From positions 190 to 64,189 of the forward strand of contig JAJZRQ010000004.1 in NCBI GenBank assembly GCA_021802585.1: a stretch of 64,000 bases of DNA. Reading direction: 5' to 3'. Position numbers and translations under genes: made by a program. This document shows positions 25,128 through 34,901 of the stretch, piece after piece. The DNA comes from Chloroflexota bacterium (GTDB lineage Bacteria; Chloroflexota; Limnocylindria; Limnocylindrales; CSP1-4). The first letter of the stretch is position 1, and the number at the start of each line of letters is the position of its first letter. The notes beneath the pieces are model-generated. The model was not told the DNA's origin, searched no databases, and saw only the letters and a program-made list of their open reading frames with translations.

Positions 25128-26798
25128 TCACCACCCGAGGGCGGGGTCGGCGTGGACCGCGACCCCCTCCGACAGGGTCAGGAGCACGCGCGCGTCGCCG
25201 ATCTCGCCGGCGCCGCGGTCGAAGACGTCGCGGTCGAGGACGACGAGGTCGGCGAGCCTGCCGGCCTCGATCGTCCCCGTCTCCCGCTCGAGGCCGTTGG
25301 CCCAGGCCGCGCCGGTCGTGAAGGCGGCGAGCGCGGCGGCGAGGTCGATCCGCTCGGCGGGGAGGAACGGCGCCTCGAGGCCGCGGCTCTCGGGCACGAC
25401 GCGGTTGACTGCCACCTCGACTTCCTCGAGGACGTTCGGCGTGGAGACCGACCAGTCGCTCCCGCCGACGAGCCGGGCGCCGGCCCGCTGGAGGCTCCGG
25501 AACGGGTACTGCCGGGCGCTCCGCTCCGGGCCCAGGAACGGAACGGTGAGGTCGCGCATCTGAGCCTCCCACGCGGCCCAGAGCGGCTGGATCGTCGCCC
25601 CCACGCCGAGGGCCGCGAACCGCGGAACGTCGGCGGGATCGACGACCTGCAGGTGGGCGACATGGGGGCGCCGGTCGGCGGGTCCGTTCGCCCGCCGCAC
25701 CGCGGCGACGGCGTCGAGCGCGGAACGGACGGCGCGATCGCCGATCGCGTGGAAATGGAGCTGGAATCCCGCCGCGTCGAGGGCCGGCGCGATCTCCCCG
25801 GCGAGCCGGCGGGGGTGGATGAAGTCGATCCCCGCGGTCTCCGTGGGCCGGCCCTCCGCGTCGAGGTACGGCTCGAGGAGCGCGCCGGTGCCGTTTTCGA
25901 GGACGCCGTCGAGCATGAGCTTCACCGTCGACGCGCGGAGGCGGCCGCGCGTCGCGGTGCGGCGGGCCTCCTCGAACCACCCGAGCTGCTCGAGGCCGCC
26001 GGCCCGGTCCCACCAGAGCGCGAGGGTCGTCCGCATCGTGAGGGCCCCGCGCTCGACGAGGGCCCGGTACGCCGCGACGTGGTGGGGCTCGACCCAGGCG
26101 TCCGTGAGCGCCGTGATCCCGTACCCGTGGAGGCGCGCCTGCGCGGCGAGGATCGCCGCCTCCCAGAAGTCCGCCGCGGGGGGCGGGACGTGGCGGCCGA
26201 CGAGCGCCGCGGCGCCCTCGTGGAGCGTCCCCTGCGGACTCCCGTCGGCGTCGCGCTCGATCCGCCCGTCCGGCGGGTCCGCCGTCGCCGCCGTCACCCC
26301 CGCGAGGGCCAGGGCCCGGCTGTTCACCCACGCGCCGTGGCCGTCACGGTTCTCGAGGAACGCCGGTCGGTCCGGGACGACCGCGTCGAGGTCCGCGCAG
26401 GACGGCGTCCCGCCGGGGAAGGCGGGCATCGCCCACCCTCCGCCGGTGATCCATGGCTCGCCCGGCCGTGCCGCCGCGTACGCGGCGATCGCCGCCAGGT
26501 ACGCCTCGCGGTCCGAGGGGAGGTCGTGGAGATCGCAGGTGAGGAGTGCCTGCCCTCCGAGCGGTGGGTGGACGTGCGCGTCCTGGAACCCGGGGAGGAG
26601 CGTGCGCCCGGCGAGATCGAGGACGCGGGTCCGCGGGCCGACGAGCGGCCGGAGGTCCGCGTCGGACCCGACCGCCGCGATGCGGCCGGCCCGGACGGCG
26701 ACGGCCGAGACGGCGGGAGGGGCCGGGACCATCGTCCGGACCGCGCCCCGCACGAAGAGCAGGTCGGCCGGGCCGGACGCCGCCGCGAGCGCCGTCAT
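25128..26798 (-). CDS. amidohydrolase family protein (YtcJ-like, Amidohydro_3)
   Basis: The translation reads LLPGFQDAHVHPPLGG..., ...HFHAIGDRAV..., ...GSDWSVS... . The ATG overlaps the rluB stop (ATGA), and its stop lies 2 nt before the cmk ATG. Confidence 0.75.
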   Translation of the reverse strand: MTALAAASGPADLLFVRGAVRTMVPAPPAVSAVAVRAGRIAAVGSDADLRPLVGPRTRVLDLAGRTLLPGFQDAHVHPPLGGQALLTCDLHDLPSDREAYLAAIAAYAAARPGEPWITGGGWAMPAFPGGTPSCADLDAVVPDRPAFLENRDGHGAWVNSRALALAGVTAATADPPDGRIERDADGSPQGTLHEGAAALVGRHVPPPAADFWEAAILAAQARLHGYGITALTDAWVEPHHVAAYRALVERGALTMRTTLALWWDRAGGLEQLGWFEEARRTATRGRLRASTVKLMLDGVLENGTGALLEPYLDAEGRPTETAGIDFIHPRRLAGEIAPALDAAGFQLHFHAIGDRAVRSALDAVAAVRRANGPADRRPHVAHLQVVDPADVPRFAALGVGATIQPLWAAWEAQMRDLTVPFLGPERSARQYPFRSLQRAGARLVGGSDWSVSTPNVLEEVEVAVNRVVPESRGLEAPFLPAERIDLAAALAAFTTGAAWANGLERETGTIEAGRLADLVVLDRDVFDRGAGEIGDARVLLTLSEGVAVHADPALGW

Positions 26799-27661
26799 CG
26801 CTCCGCTTCCTCCCGCTGCGATCCCTCCCGGGATGGTCCGGGCGCCGGCGCGGGACGGGGCCCGGTCGGGCCCGGGGCGCCGGGGGCCACCGGGTGCGAC
26901 GCCGCGAGCCGCCGGACCTCCGCCGACGTCAGCGGTCGCACCCGGCCGGACGGGAGGTCGAGGCGGAGCGTCCCGACGCGGACCCGGACGAGCCGGACGA
27001 CGGGCGACCCGACGGCCGCGAGCATCCGCCGGACCTGGCGCTTCCAGCCGGTCGCGAGGATGACGCGGTACCAGGTGAGGCCCCCCGCCGGCTGCGGATC
27101 GAGGAGGTCGGCGAGGGCGGCGGTCTCGGTCCGTGTCGCCGGGCGGAGCGCGACGAGCCGGGCGAGCCCTTCCTCGAGGGCGATCCCGCGGGCGAGCGCC
27201 TCGCGGGCCGCGGCGCCGAGTGGCGCGGGCACGGCGACGGCGTACTCCCGCTCCACGCCGTGCCGGGGGTGGAGGACACGTTCGGTCCACGCGCCGTCGT
27301 TCGTGAGGAGGAGGAGGCCCTCGGAGTCGGCGTCGAGGCGGCCCACCGGGTAGAGGCGGGACCCGGCCGGCACGAGGTCGCGCGGCACGAGGTCGAGCAC
27401 CGTCAGCGCGGCGTGCCGGTCAGACGCCGTCGAGGTGACCCCGGCCGGCTTGTGGAGCGCGAGGTGAACGAGGGCGGACGGTGTCGCACCGATCGGGCGG
27501 CCGTCGACGGCGACGACCTGCCGGGTCGGGTCGACCGGCTCCCCCAGAACCGCCGGGCGGCCGTCGACCGTGACGCGGCCCGCCGCGATGAGGGCGTCCG
27601 CGTGACGGCGGCTCGCGACGCCGGCGGCCGCGAGGACCTTCCCCAGCCGGTCGGAGGGCAT
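26795..27661 (-). CDS. rluB: RsuA/RluB-family 23S rRNA pseudouridine synthase with S4 domain
   Basis: RLGKVLAAAGVASRRHADALIAAGRVTVDG is the S4 domain, and VGRLDADSEGLLLLTNDG is the catalytic Asp motif. Confidence 0.85.
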   Translation of the reverse strand: MPSDRLGKVLAAAGVASRRHADALIAAGRVTVDGRPAVLGEPVDPTRQVVAVDGRPIGATPSALVHLALHKPAGVTSTASDRHAALTVLDLVPRDLVPAGSRLYPVGRLDADSEGLLLLTNDGAWTERVLHPRHGVEREYAVAVPAPLGAAAREALARGIALEEGLARLVALRPATRTETAALADLLDPQPAGGLTWYRVILATGWKRQVRRMLAAVGSPVVRLVRVRVGTLRLDLPSGRVRPLTSAEVRRLAASHPVAPGAPGPTGPRPAPAPGPSREGSQREEAER

Positions 27662-28413
27662 CAGGGCGCCGCCGCCGCGCCCGCGTCGGCGGGCGCGGCG
27701 TCCTCGCCGGTCGCGGCATCGTCACCCTCGGCGCCGGGCGCCACGAGGCGCTCGGCGACCGACGCGTCGAGGACCGGAAGGTCGTCGAGGCTGAGGAGGC
27801 CGAAGCGCTCGAGGAACTCGGTCGAGGTGCCGTAGAGAATCGGACGGCCCGGCGCGTCGGCCCGGCCGAGCTCGACGACGAGGCGGCGGTGGAGGAGGCT
27901 CCGGATCGCGTACTCGGCATCGACGCCGCGGACTCGCTCGATCCCGGCCTTCGTGAGCGGCTGCCGATACGCGATGATCGCGAGCGTCTCGAGGGTCGCC
28001 GGGGAGAGCCGCGTCGGCTCGCGGCCAACGTACCGCCCGATGAGGAGGCCGGCCTCGGGGGCGGTGGCGAGGGCGACGCGGTCGCCGTCGACGAGGAGCC
28101 GGATCCCCCGCGCCGCGAGGCTCACCTCGAGGTCGCCGAGGCGCGCGTCGATCGTCGCGCCCGCCGCGCCGGTGAGCGTCGCGAGCTCGCGGCGCCCGAG
28201 CGGCCGCTCGGCGACGAAGAGGAGCGCCTCGAGCTGCGCCTCCGTCAGCTCGTCGCCGGGGAGGCCGTCCCCGCCGGGGAGTGCCGCAGCCGCCACGATG
28301 GCCGCGCCGTCGCCCGTGGCCGGCGCGATGGCGCCGCCGTCGCCCGCGACCACCTCGTCCGCGGTGCCGGGCGACCCCGGGTCGCCGCCGACCGCCCGTC
28401 CTTCGTCCGTCAC
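27661..28413 (-). CDS. scpB: segregation and condensation protein B
   Basis: The translation reads LEALLFVAERPL...ETLAIIAYRQPLTKAGIERVRGVD...L..R.LV...GR.D.PGRPILYGTS.EFLE.FGL. Confidence 0.85.
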   Translation of the reverse strand: MTDEGRAVGGDPGSPGTADEVVAGDGGAIAPATGDGAAIVAAAALPGGDGLPGDELTEAQLEALLFVAERPLGRRELATLTGAAGATIDARLGDLEVSLAARGIRLLVDGDRVALATAPEAGLLIGRYVGREPTRLSPATLETLAIIAYRQPLTKAGIERVRGVDAEYAIRSLLHRRLVVELGRADAPGRPILYGTSTEFLERFGLLSLDDLPVLDASVAERLVAPGAEGDDAATGEDAAPADAGAAAAP

Positions 28414-29291
28414 CCGTCCTCCTCCGCTCCGGGCCCGTCCGCCCCGCGGGTGGCGCGGTCCGCGGCGCCGGCCACGCGGCCGCCGGGTCGCGGCACCGAC
28501 CGCACGATGATGGGCCCCCATGGGACCTCCTGCTCGACGGTTGCCTCGCGGCGCTTCACGAGCTCGAGCATGGCAAGGAACGTCACCGCGACGACGACGC
28601 GGTCCCGGACGCCGGCGAGGAGCTCCTGGAGGACGACCGGGCCCGCCCCGGCGAGCGCCGCCCGGATGAGCGCGGCACGCTCGCCGAGGGTGATCGTCCG
28701 GGGGATGGTCTCCGGCGGCGGGGCGGCTGGCGGCGCGATCGTGGCGAGCCGCTCGAGAGCCCTGGCGAGGAGCGCCGGGTCGAGACGCGGCGGCAGAGGC
28801 GCGACGGCGCCCGCGCGGCCGGCGGCGAGCGCCACCGACGGCTCCCGTCGGGCGAGGAGCCGTCCCGCGAGCGCCCCGGCCTGGATCCGCGCGGCCGCAT
28901 CGCGGAACGCGCGGTACGCGAGGAGGCGCGCCCGCAGGACGGCCTCCGGGTCCGGCTCCTCGTCGAGGGGCACGGCCGCGGCCGGCGGGCGCGGCAGCAG
29001 CTCGCGGCTCTTGATGAGGATGAGCTGGCTCGCGACGGAGACGAACGCGGCGAGGTTCCCGAGCCGGTCGTCCCCCAGTCCCGCGAGCGCGTCGAGGTAC
29101 GCCTCGGTGAGCCCGCCGAGCGGGACCGTCAGGATGTCGAGGCGGCGGGCCTCGACGAGGGCGAGGAGGAGCCCGAGGGGGCCCTCCCAGTCGGCGAGGC
29201 GGACTCGCGTCGCGTCCTCCGGTCGGCGGCGGTCGCTGAAGGCGATCCCCGGCGCGCCCGGGATCGGGGGCGGGAGGGCAGCGGCGGCCAC
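28410..29291 (-). CDS. scpA: segregation and condensation protein A
   Basis: The translation reads WEGPLGLLLALVEARRLDILTVPLGGLTEAYL...SQLILIKSRELLP...VTFLAMLELVKRRE. Confidence 0.85.
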   Translation of the reverse strand: MAAAALPPPIPGAPGIAFSDRRRPEDATRVRLADWEGPLGLLLALVEARRLDILTVPLGGLTEAYLDALAGLGDDRLGNLAAFVSVASQLILIKSRELLPRPPAAAVPLDEEPDPEAVLRARLLAYRAFRDAAARIQAGALAGRLLARREPSVALAAGRAGAVAPLPPRLDPALLARALERLATIAPPAAPPPETIPRTITLGERAALIRAALAGAGPVVLQELLAGVRDRVVVAVTFLAMLELVKRREATVEQEVPWGPIIVRSVPRPGGRVAGAADRATRGADGPGAEEDG

Positions 29292-29292
29292 C

Positions 29293-29796
29293 TCAGCTCG
29301 CCTCGTCCGCGTCCCGCAGCGCCGCGAGGAGGCCGGCGTCGCCGGGCGCGACGGCGCCGCGGATGAAGGCCGCCGTCCGGGCGGGGCAGCCGGCCATCGC
29401 GGCGAGTTCGGCGGAGCGCTCGGCGTGGTCGCGGAGCCGCGCCATCGCCGCGGCGCCCCCGGGGAGGAGCCCCGCGGCGCGGTGGACCCACGCCCCGAGG
29501 AGCTCGCCGAGGGACCACGCGACGCGGTGCCAGAGCCGGATCCCGTGTCCCTTGCCGGCGTCGTGGAGGAGGCCGGCGAGGACGACCGCCGGGTCCTCGA
29601 CCCCCGCATCCCGGAGCGCGGCCGCGACGTCGAGGCCGTGGCGCCGGTCGGCGACCGGCATCCCGTCGAAGAGGGCGAGCTGGGCGGGGGTCAGCCACTC
29701 GGCGAGCGCCGCCCGCTCCACGGGCCGGACCCGGGCGGCGACGTGGCGGCCGAGCTGGCGGGCCTTACCCGCCCACCAGGAGGCGGAAGATCCCAC
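29293..29796 (-). CDS. HD-domain protein
   Basis: The translation reads ...RRHGLDVAAAL...LAGLLHDAGKGH.... The start is uncertain, and as drawn it overlaps the M50 gene by 32 nt. Confidence 0.6.
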   Translation of the reverse strand: MGSSASWWAGKARQLGRHVAARVRPVERAALAEWLTPAQLALFDGMPVADRRHGLDVAAALRDAGVEDPAVVLAGLLHDAGKGHGIRLWHRVAWSLGELLGAWVHRAAGLLPGGAAAMARLRDHAERSAELAAMAGCPARTAAFIRGAVAPGDAGLLAALRDADEAS

Positions 29797-30433
29797 GGAA
29801 GAGCGGCCCGAGGACCTGCTGCCCGATCGACTGGCCGCTCGGGGGCAGCGGCAGGAACATCGCGGCGAGGAGGATGACGAGGCCCCACCGCTCGAGGAAC
29901 GGGCGGACCTGCCACACGGTGCGCGGCGGCAGGAACGCGAAGAGGACCTTCGACCCGTCGAGGGGCGGGATCGGGAGGAGGTTGAAGATGAAGAGCGAGA
30001 TGTTGATGACGAGGAACCAGACGATGACGAGGCCGGCGAAGTCGAGGACGGCCGACGGGGCCGGCTGGAGGGCGACGAGCAGGCGCACGAGGATCGCGGC
30101 GAGGACCGCGAGGGCGAGGTTCGAGAGCGGCCCGGCGGCGGCGACGATCGCCTCGCCGCGGTGCCCGCCGCGGAGCATCGAGGGGTTCACCGGCGTCGGC
30201 TTCGCCCAGCCGATGAAGAACCCGCCGACGAGTGCCGAGACGACGAGGACTCCGGATCCCAGCGGGTCGAGGTGGACGAGCGGGTTCAGGGTGAGGCGCC
30301 CGTACAGCTTCGCCGTCCCGTCGCCGAGGCGCCACGCCGCGAGGGCATGGGCGTACTCGTGGACCGGGAACCCGACGACGAGGAAGATCGCGACCGCCAC
30401 GAGGGCGGAGAGGGTGCTCTGGTCGAGGGACAC
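29765..30433 (-). CDS. site-2 protease family (M50) zinc metalloprotease
   Basis: FPVHEYAHALAA is the HExxH motif in a TM helix, and GPLSNLALAVL and NLLPIPPLDG are the second motif. The protein is polytopic. Confidence 0.8.
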   Translation of the reverse strand: MSLDQSTLSALVAVAIFLVVGFPVHEYAHALAAWRLGDGTAKLYGRLTLNPLVHLDPLGSGVLVVSALVGGFFIGWAKPTPVNPSMLRGGHRGEAIVAAAGPLSNLALAVLAAILVRLLVALQPAPSAVLDFAGLVIVWFLVINISLFIFNLLPIPPLDGSKVLFAFLPPRTVWQVRPFLERWGLVILLAAMFLPLPPSGQSIGQQVLGPLFRGIFRLLVGG

Positions 30434-30505
30434 GCTGCAACAGCACTCCGGGCGGGAAGGGACCCGCGTATCGTAGCGCGCCGCCCGGCCGGGGCCGGAC
30501 CGGCG

Positions 30506-31237
30506 TCACATCTGGGCGAGGAGGTCCGCCTTCTTCGCCTCGTAGTCCTCCGGCGTGATGATCCCGTCGTCCCGGAGCTTCGCCAGGGTCCGCAGCTTCT
30601 CCTCGAGCGGCTGTCGCGGGGGCGCGGCCGGCGCCTCGGACGCGACGGCCGGAGCCGGGCTCGCCGCCACGGGAGCGGGCGCGGCGTCGGCCGCCGGCGC
30701 GGAGCTCCGGCGGCCGTCCATCCGGCGGTCGAGCCCCGCCTCGAGGTCGTGCTTCGTCATGAGCATGACCTTCTTGAACTCGAGGGCGTGATGGAGCATC
30801 TCGAAGTCGACGTCCATGATGTCCGACGCCGTGAGGATCCGGAGGTCGCCCCAGTCGAGCACGCGCCCGAGGACCGACTGGGTGAGGACGGCGTCGTTGA
30901 TCTTCTCGAGCGAGCTGTCGGCGGTCGTCTTGTTGAGGATCCCGCCGAGGTGGATGACGCGGCGGCTCGTGATCATGTAGTCCTCGTTGTACCAGCCGAC
31001 GTACGCCCAGGCGATGAGGAGGCCGCCGGCGAGGAGCGCGGCGAGGACCGCCCACGCGAGGATCTGCCCGAGCGTCCCGCCCGGCCAGCCGGCGAGCAGG
31101 AAGAGGATGGCGACGCCGAGGCCGGCGCCGGCCAGGACGATCCCCCAGCGGGCGCCGACGAGCCGCGCCAGCGGGTGCTGGCGCGTCCGGTAGACGATGT
31201 ACTCGCCCTCGGTCAGCAGAGAGTCCGCGTAGCCCAT
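30506..31237 (-). CDS. membrane protein with bacterial PH (bPH_2/YdbT-like) domain and C-terminal SHOCT domain
   Basis: The translation reads LTEGEYIVYRTRQHP... followed by 2 TM helices, then YMITSRRVIHLGGILNKTTADSSLEKINDAVLTQSVLGRVLDWGDL. After an Ala/Pro linker it ends LRTLAKLRDDGIITPEDYEAKKADLLAQM (SHOCT). Confidence 0.7.
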   Translation of the reverse strand: MGYADSLLTEGEYIVYRTRQHPLARLVGARWGIVLAGAGLGVAILFLLAGWPGGTLGQILAWAVLAALLAGGLLIAWAYVGWYNEDYMITSRRVIHLGGILNKTTADSSLEKINDAVLTQSVLGRVLDWGDLRILTASDIMDVDFEMLHHALEFKKVMLMTKHDLEAGLDRRMDGRRSSAPAADAAPAPVAASPAPAVASEAPAAPPRQPLEEKLRTLAKLRDDGIITPEDYEAKKADLLAQM

Positions 31238-31259
31238 CGACCCTTCCCGTCCTTCCCCG

Positions 31260-32300
31260 TCAGGCCCGCGGGTGGGCCCGCGCATAGACCTCGCGGATCC
31301 GCTCGCCGGTCACGTGCGTGTAGATCTGCGTCGTCGAGATACTCGCATGCCCAAGGAGCTCCTGTACGACGCGCAGGTCGGCCCCGCCCTCGAGGAGGTG
31401 GGTCGCGTACGAGTGGCGGAGCGTGTGGGGCGAGGTCCGCCCGGCGACGCCGGCCGCGACCGCGGCCCGCTTCACGAGGGCCCAGGCGTGGCTCCGTCCG
31501 AGGCGGCGGCCGCGGTCCGAGAGGAAGACGGGGCCGCCGCGCGCGGCCCGGGCGCGGTCCGCCGCAGCGAGGGCCGGGCGGGCGACGGCGAGGTACCGCC
31601 GGAGCCAGGCGACGGCGATGTCGCCGACCGGCACGACGCGCTCGCGATCCCCCTTCCCCACGACGCGAACGCTCGCCTCCCCGAGGTCGAGGTCGTCGCC
31701 GTCGAGGCGGAGCGCCTCCGAGACCCGGAGGCCGGCCGCGTAGAGGAGCTCGAGGAGCGCCCGATCCCGGAGGGCGGCGAGGACGGCCGCGGACGAGGCT
31801 GCGCGACCGCGGCGCCGGCGCTCGCCCCCCTCCCCGATCGCGTCGGGGTCCACCGCGGCGAGGAGCCGGTCCACCTCCGCCACCGTGAGCGGGTCCGGGA
31901 GGATCCGCGGCTCGCGCGGGAGGTCGAGGTGCGCCGCCACGTCGGTCGTCAGGAGGTCCTCGGCGAGCGCGAACCGGTAGAACGCCCGGAGGGCGGCCGT
32001 CCGGCGACGGAGGCTCGTCGGTCGAAGCGTCCGAGAGCCTGGCCCGGCCCCCCCGGCGAGCCGCGCGAGGTACCCGAGGGCCGCGTCCGGGGAGGCTGCC
32101 CAGCCGTCCGCGGCGGCCGAGCGAGCGAAGTCGGCGAGGTCCGCCCCGTAGCCGGCGATCGTCGCGGCGGCGAGGCCGCGCTCGACCCGCAGGTGGAGGA
32201 GGAACGCCTCGATCGCCGCCGCGAGGTCGGCCGGCACGGGGCGGACGGACGCTGCGCGCCCGCCGCGCCGCGCCGCCGGTCCCGGACGCCCCCCGGTCAT
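31260..32300 (-). CDS. xerD: tyrosine recombinase XerD/XerC
   Basis: The translation reads AATIAGYGADLADF...ELLYAAGLRVSEAL...HTLRHSYATHLLEGGADLRVVQELLGHASISTTQIYTHV. The ATG overlaps the recN stop (ATGA). The gene lies in a housekeeping context, not flanked by mobile genes. Confidence 0.85.
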   Translation of the reverse strand: MTGGRPGPAARRGGRAASVRPVPADLAAAIEAFLLHLRVERGLAAATIAGYGADLADFARSAAADGWAASPDAALGYLARLAGGAGPGSRTLRPTSLRRRTAALRAFYRFALAEDLLTTDVAAHLDLPREPRILPDPLTVAEVDRLLAAVDPDAIGEGGERRRRGRAASSAAVLAALRDRALLELLYAAGLRVSEALRLDGDDLDLGEASVRVVGKGDRERVVPVGDIAVAWLRRYLAVARPALAAADRARAARGGPVFLSDRGRRLGRSHAWALVKRAAVAAGVAGRTSPHTLRHSYATHLLEGGADLRVVQELLGHASISTTQIYTHVTGERIREVYARAHPRA

Positions 32301-34045
32301 CCGCCCCCGGCCGTCGCGCGGCGGGTCGCCCGGAACCGGCTCGCCCGCTCCAGGAGCTCCCGCGCGGAGGCCGCCGCCGCGGGGCTCCCGACGGGCCCCC
32401 CGATCATCGCCGCGAGCTCGGCCGTCCGGCCGGCGTCGTCGAGCCGGCGGACCTCCGTCGCGGTGCGGCCGTCGTGCTGCGCCTTGTGGATCGCGAAGTG
32501 GGCATCGGCGTACGCGGCGATCTGGGGGAGGTGGGTGACGCAGAGGACCTGGTGGCGCCGGGCGAGGGTCCAGAGGGCGCGGCCGACGGGGTCGGCGCTC
32601 CGGCCCCCGATCCCGGCGTCCACCTCGTCGAAGACGAGCGTCGGCGTCGCGTCGGCGTCGGCGAGCACCTCCTCGATCGCGAGGGAGATCCGCGACAGCT
32701 CGCCCCCCGAAGCGATCCTCGCGAGGGGGCGCGCCGGCTCGCCGGGATTCGGCGCGATCCGGAAGACGACCCCGTCGACCCCCGACGCGTCGAATGCGAT
32801 CGCGTCCCCGTCGAGCTCCACCGCCGGCTCGTCGCGGCCGGCGGGGCGCCGCCCGACGGCGATCTCGACACGCGTCCCGCCGAGCCCGAGATCGCCGAGC
32901 GCCCGTTCCACCTCCGCGGCGAGGGCGACGGCCGCCGCCCGCCGGCGCCCCGAGAGGGCCTCTGCAGCCACGGCGACGGCCTCGAGGAGCCGGGTGGCCT
33001 CGGCGGCGCGCGCGGCCCGCTCCGCGTCGACGCCGCGGAGCCGCCCGACCTCGGCGGCAGCCCGCTCGGCGCGCGCCGCGAGCGCTTCGACCTCGACGCC
33101 GTACTTCCGCTCGAGGGAGAAGAGGAGCGAGAGCCGCTCCTCGAGCGCGGCGAGGGCCGCGGGGTCGTGGTCCGCCCCCTCCGCGAGCGTCCGCGCCTCG
33201 CGGGCGGCGTCCTCGAGCTCCGCCGCGAGCCCCTCGAGGCGGGTCGCGAGCGGCCCGTAGCGCGGGTCGAGGCGGGCGAGGGCCGCCGCCTCGGCGGCCG
33301 CGCGGGCCGCCGCCTCACGGGCGCCGACGACCCCGGTCGCCCCCTCGTCCCCGGACAGGAGGCCGACGATCGCCCCCGCTCCCCGGGCGATTGCCTCCCC
33401 GTGGCGCGACGCGCCGAGGCGGGCCCGGATCTCGGCCACCTCGCCGGGCCGGATCCGCGCCGCGGCGATCTCGGCCGCCTCGTGCTCGACGAGGGCGATT
33501 CGGCGCTCGAGCTCGAGCGGGTCGACGGCGAGCGCCGCGAGAGCCGCCTCGTTCTCGCGCCAGGCGGCGACCGCCGCCGCCGTCGCCGCCCGCTCGGCGG
33601 CGTGGCCGCCGTACACGTCGAGGAGGTCGCGCTGCCAGCGCTCTTCGAGGAGCCGCGCCTGCTCGTGCTGGCCGTGGATCTCGACGAGCGGCCCGGCCGT
33701 CGCCGCGAGGCGTGCGGCGGTGACGGTCTCGTCGTCGATGCGGGCGACGGAGCGCCCGCCGGCGGCGACCTCGCGGACGCAGACGAGCGCCTCGGGCAGC
33801 CGGTCGAACAGCGCCTCGACCCGTGCCGCCTCCGCCCCGTGGCGGACGAGGGCCGGGTCGGCGCGCGCCCCGATGGCGAGCCCGAGGGCGTCGATGAGGA
33901 GGCTCTTCCCCGCTCCCGTCTCGCCGGTCACGACGTTGAGGCCGGGGGCGAAGTCGATCCGGACCCGCTCGAGGAGGGCGAGGTCGGCGACCGCGAGCTC
34001 GAGGAGGCGGCCCGCCGCGCCGGCCGGAGCGAGGTCGTCGCTCAT
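32297..34045 (-). CDS. recN: DNA repair protein RecN
   Basis: TGETGAGKSLLIDAL is the Walker A motif. It is followed by a long coiled coil, then SGGELSRISLAI (signature) and LVFDEVDAGIGG (Walker B). Confidence 0.9.
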   Translation of the reverse strand: MSDDLAPAGAAGRLLELAVADLALLERVRIDFAPGLNVVTGETGAGKSLLIDALGLAIGARADPALVRHGAEAARVEALFDRLPEALVCVREVAAGGRSVARIDDETVTAARLAATAGPLVEIHGQHEQARLLEERWQRDLLDVYGGHAAERAATAAAVAAWRENEAALAALAVDPLELERRIALVEHEAAEIAAARIRPGEVAEIRARLGASRHGEAIARGAGAIVGLLSGDEGATGVVGAREAAARAAAEAAALARLDPRYGPLATRLEGLAAELEDAAREARTLAEGADHDPAALAALEERLSLLFSLERKYGVEVEALAARAERAAAEVGRLRGVDAERAARAAEATRLLEAVAVAAEALSGRRRAAAVALAAEVERALGDLGLGGTRVEIAVGRRPAGRDEPAVELDGDAIAFDASGVDGVVFRIAPNPGEPARPLARIASGGELSRISLAIEEVLADADATPTLVFDEVDAGIGGRSADPVGRALWTLARRHQVLCVTHLPQIAAYADAHFAIHKAQHDGRTATEVRRLDDAGRTAELAAMIGGPVGSPAAAASARELLERASRFRATRRATAGGG

Positions 34046-34052
34046 CGCGCCG

Positions 34053-34901
34053 TCACGACGGGAGGAGCTGGGCCTTCTCGCGGAGGAGGTCCCAGAACGG
34101 CACCGCTCCCTCCGGCTCGAGGAATCGCAGCGCCTGCTCGAGCGCCGCGACGGTCACGACGTCCCCGACCCGGACCCGGAAGTCCTCCCGTCCGTCGATC
34201 GACACGAGCGCCTCGTGCGCCTCCACGACCCGGCAGCAGACGACCTGGTCGGGGCTCACGACGACGGAGCCGAGCGCCGAGAGGTAGGCCGCGATCGGCG
34301 TGACGATGAGGTTCCGGCTCGACGGGTCGAGGATCGGGCCCCCCGCCGAGAAGCTGTAGCCGGTCGAGCCGGTGGGGCTCGCGACGACGAGCCCGTCGGC
34401 GACGAACGTGGCGAGGTGCGACGGGCCGATCTCGACGTCGAGGCGGACGACCCTGGCGAGCGAGCCGCGGGCGATGACGACGTCGTTGAGGGCGACGAAG
34501 GCGTGCCGGGCCGACCGCCCGCGGGCGCTCGTGATCGTGCCCCGGAGCGCCATCCGGCGCTCGAGGTGGAAGCGGCCCGCGGCGATCTTCTCGAGGAGGT
34601 CCTCGAGCTCGTGGGCCTCGGCCTTCGAGAGGAAGCCGATCTTCCCGAGGTTGACGCCGACGATCGGGACGTCGACCTCGGCCACGGCACGGGCCGCCCT
34701 GAGGAACGTGCCGTCGCCGCCGAGGACGACGAGGACGTCGGCTCCCGGAAGGGCGGCGAGGAGCGCCGCGGTGTCCCCGGAGGCGACGGTCCACGTCGCG
34801 ATCCCGCGGCGCTCGCACCACCCGGTCGCCCGTGTGACGAGCTCGACGGACTCGTCCTTCGTCGGGTTGTAGGCGAACCCGATCCGCCGCACGGCGCTCA
34901 T
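34053..34901 (-). CDS. nadK: NAD kinase
   Basis: The translation reads [14 protein letters not shown]...[11 protein letters not shown]...NDVVI...[21 protein letters not shown]. The ATG overlaps the tlyA stop (ATGA). Confidence 0.9.
   Translation of the reverse strand: MSAVRRIGFAYNPTKDESVELVTRATGWCERRGIATWTVASGDTAALLAALPGADVLVVLGGDGTFLRAARAVAEVDVPIVGVNLGKIGFLSKAEAHELEDLLEKIAAGRFHLERRMALRGTITSARGRSARHAFVALNDVVIARGSLARVVRLDVEIGPSHLATFVADGLVVASPTGSTGYSFSAGGPILDPSSRNLIVTPIAAYLSALGSVVVSPDQVVCCRVVEAHEALVSIDGREDFRVRVGDVVTVAALEQALRFLEPEGAVPFWDLLREKAQLLPS

Noticed and set aside
31260-32300. The tyrosine recombinase could be a marker of an integrated mobile element.
   Set aside because: It has the XerC/XerD C-terminal signature (HTLRHSYATHLLEGGADLRVVQELLGHASISTTQIYTHV) and overlaps recN. 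It sits in conserved housekeeping synteny, with no att repeats, phage or transposon genes nearby.
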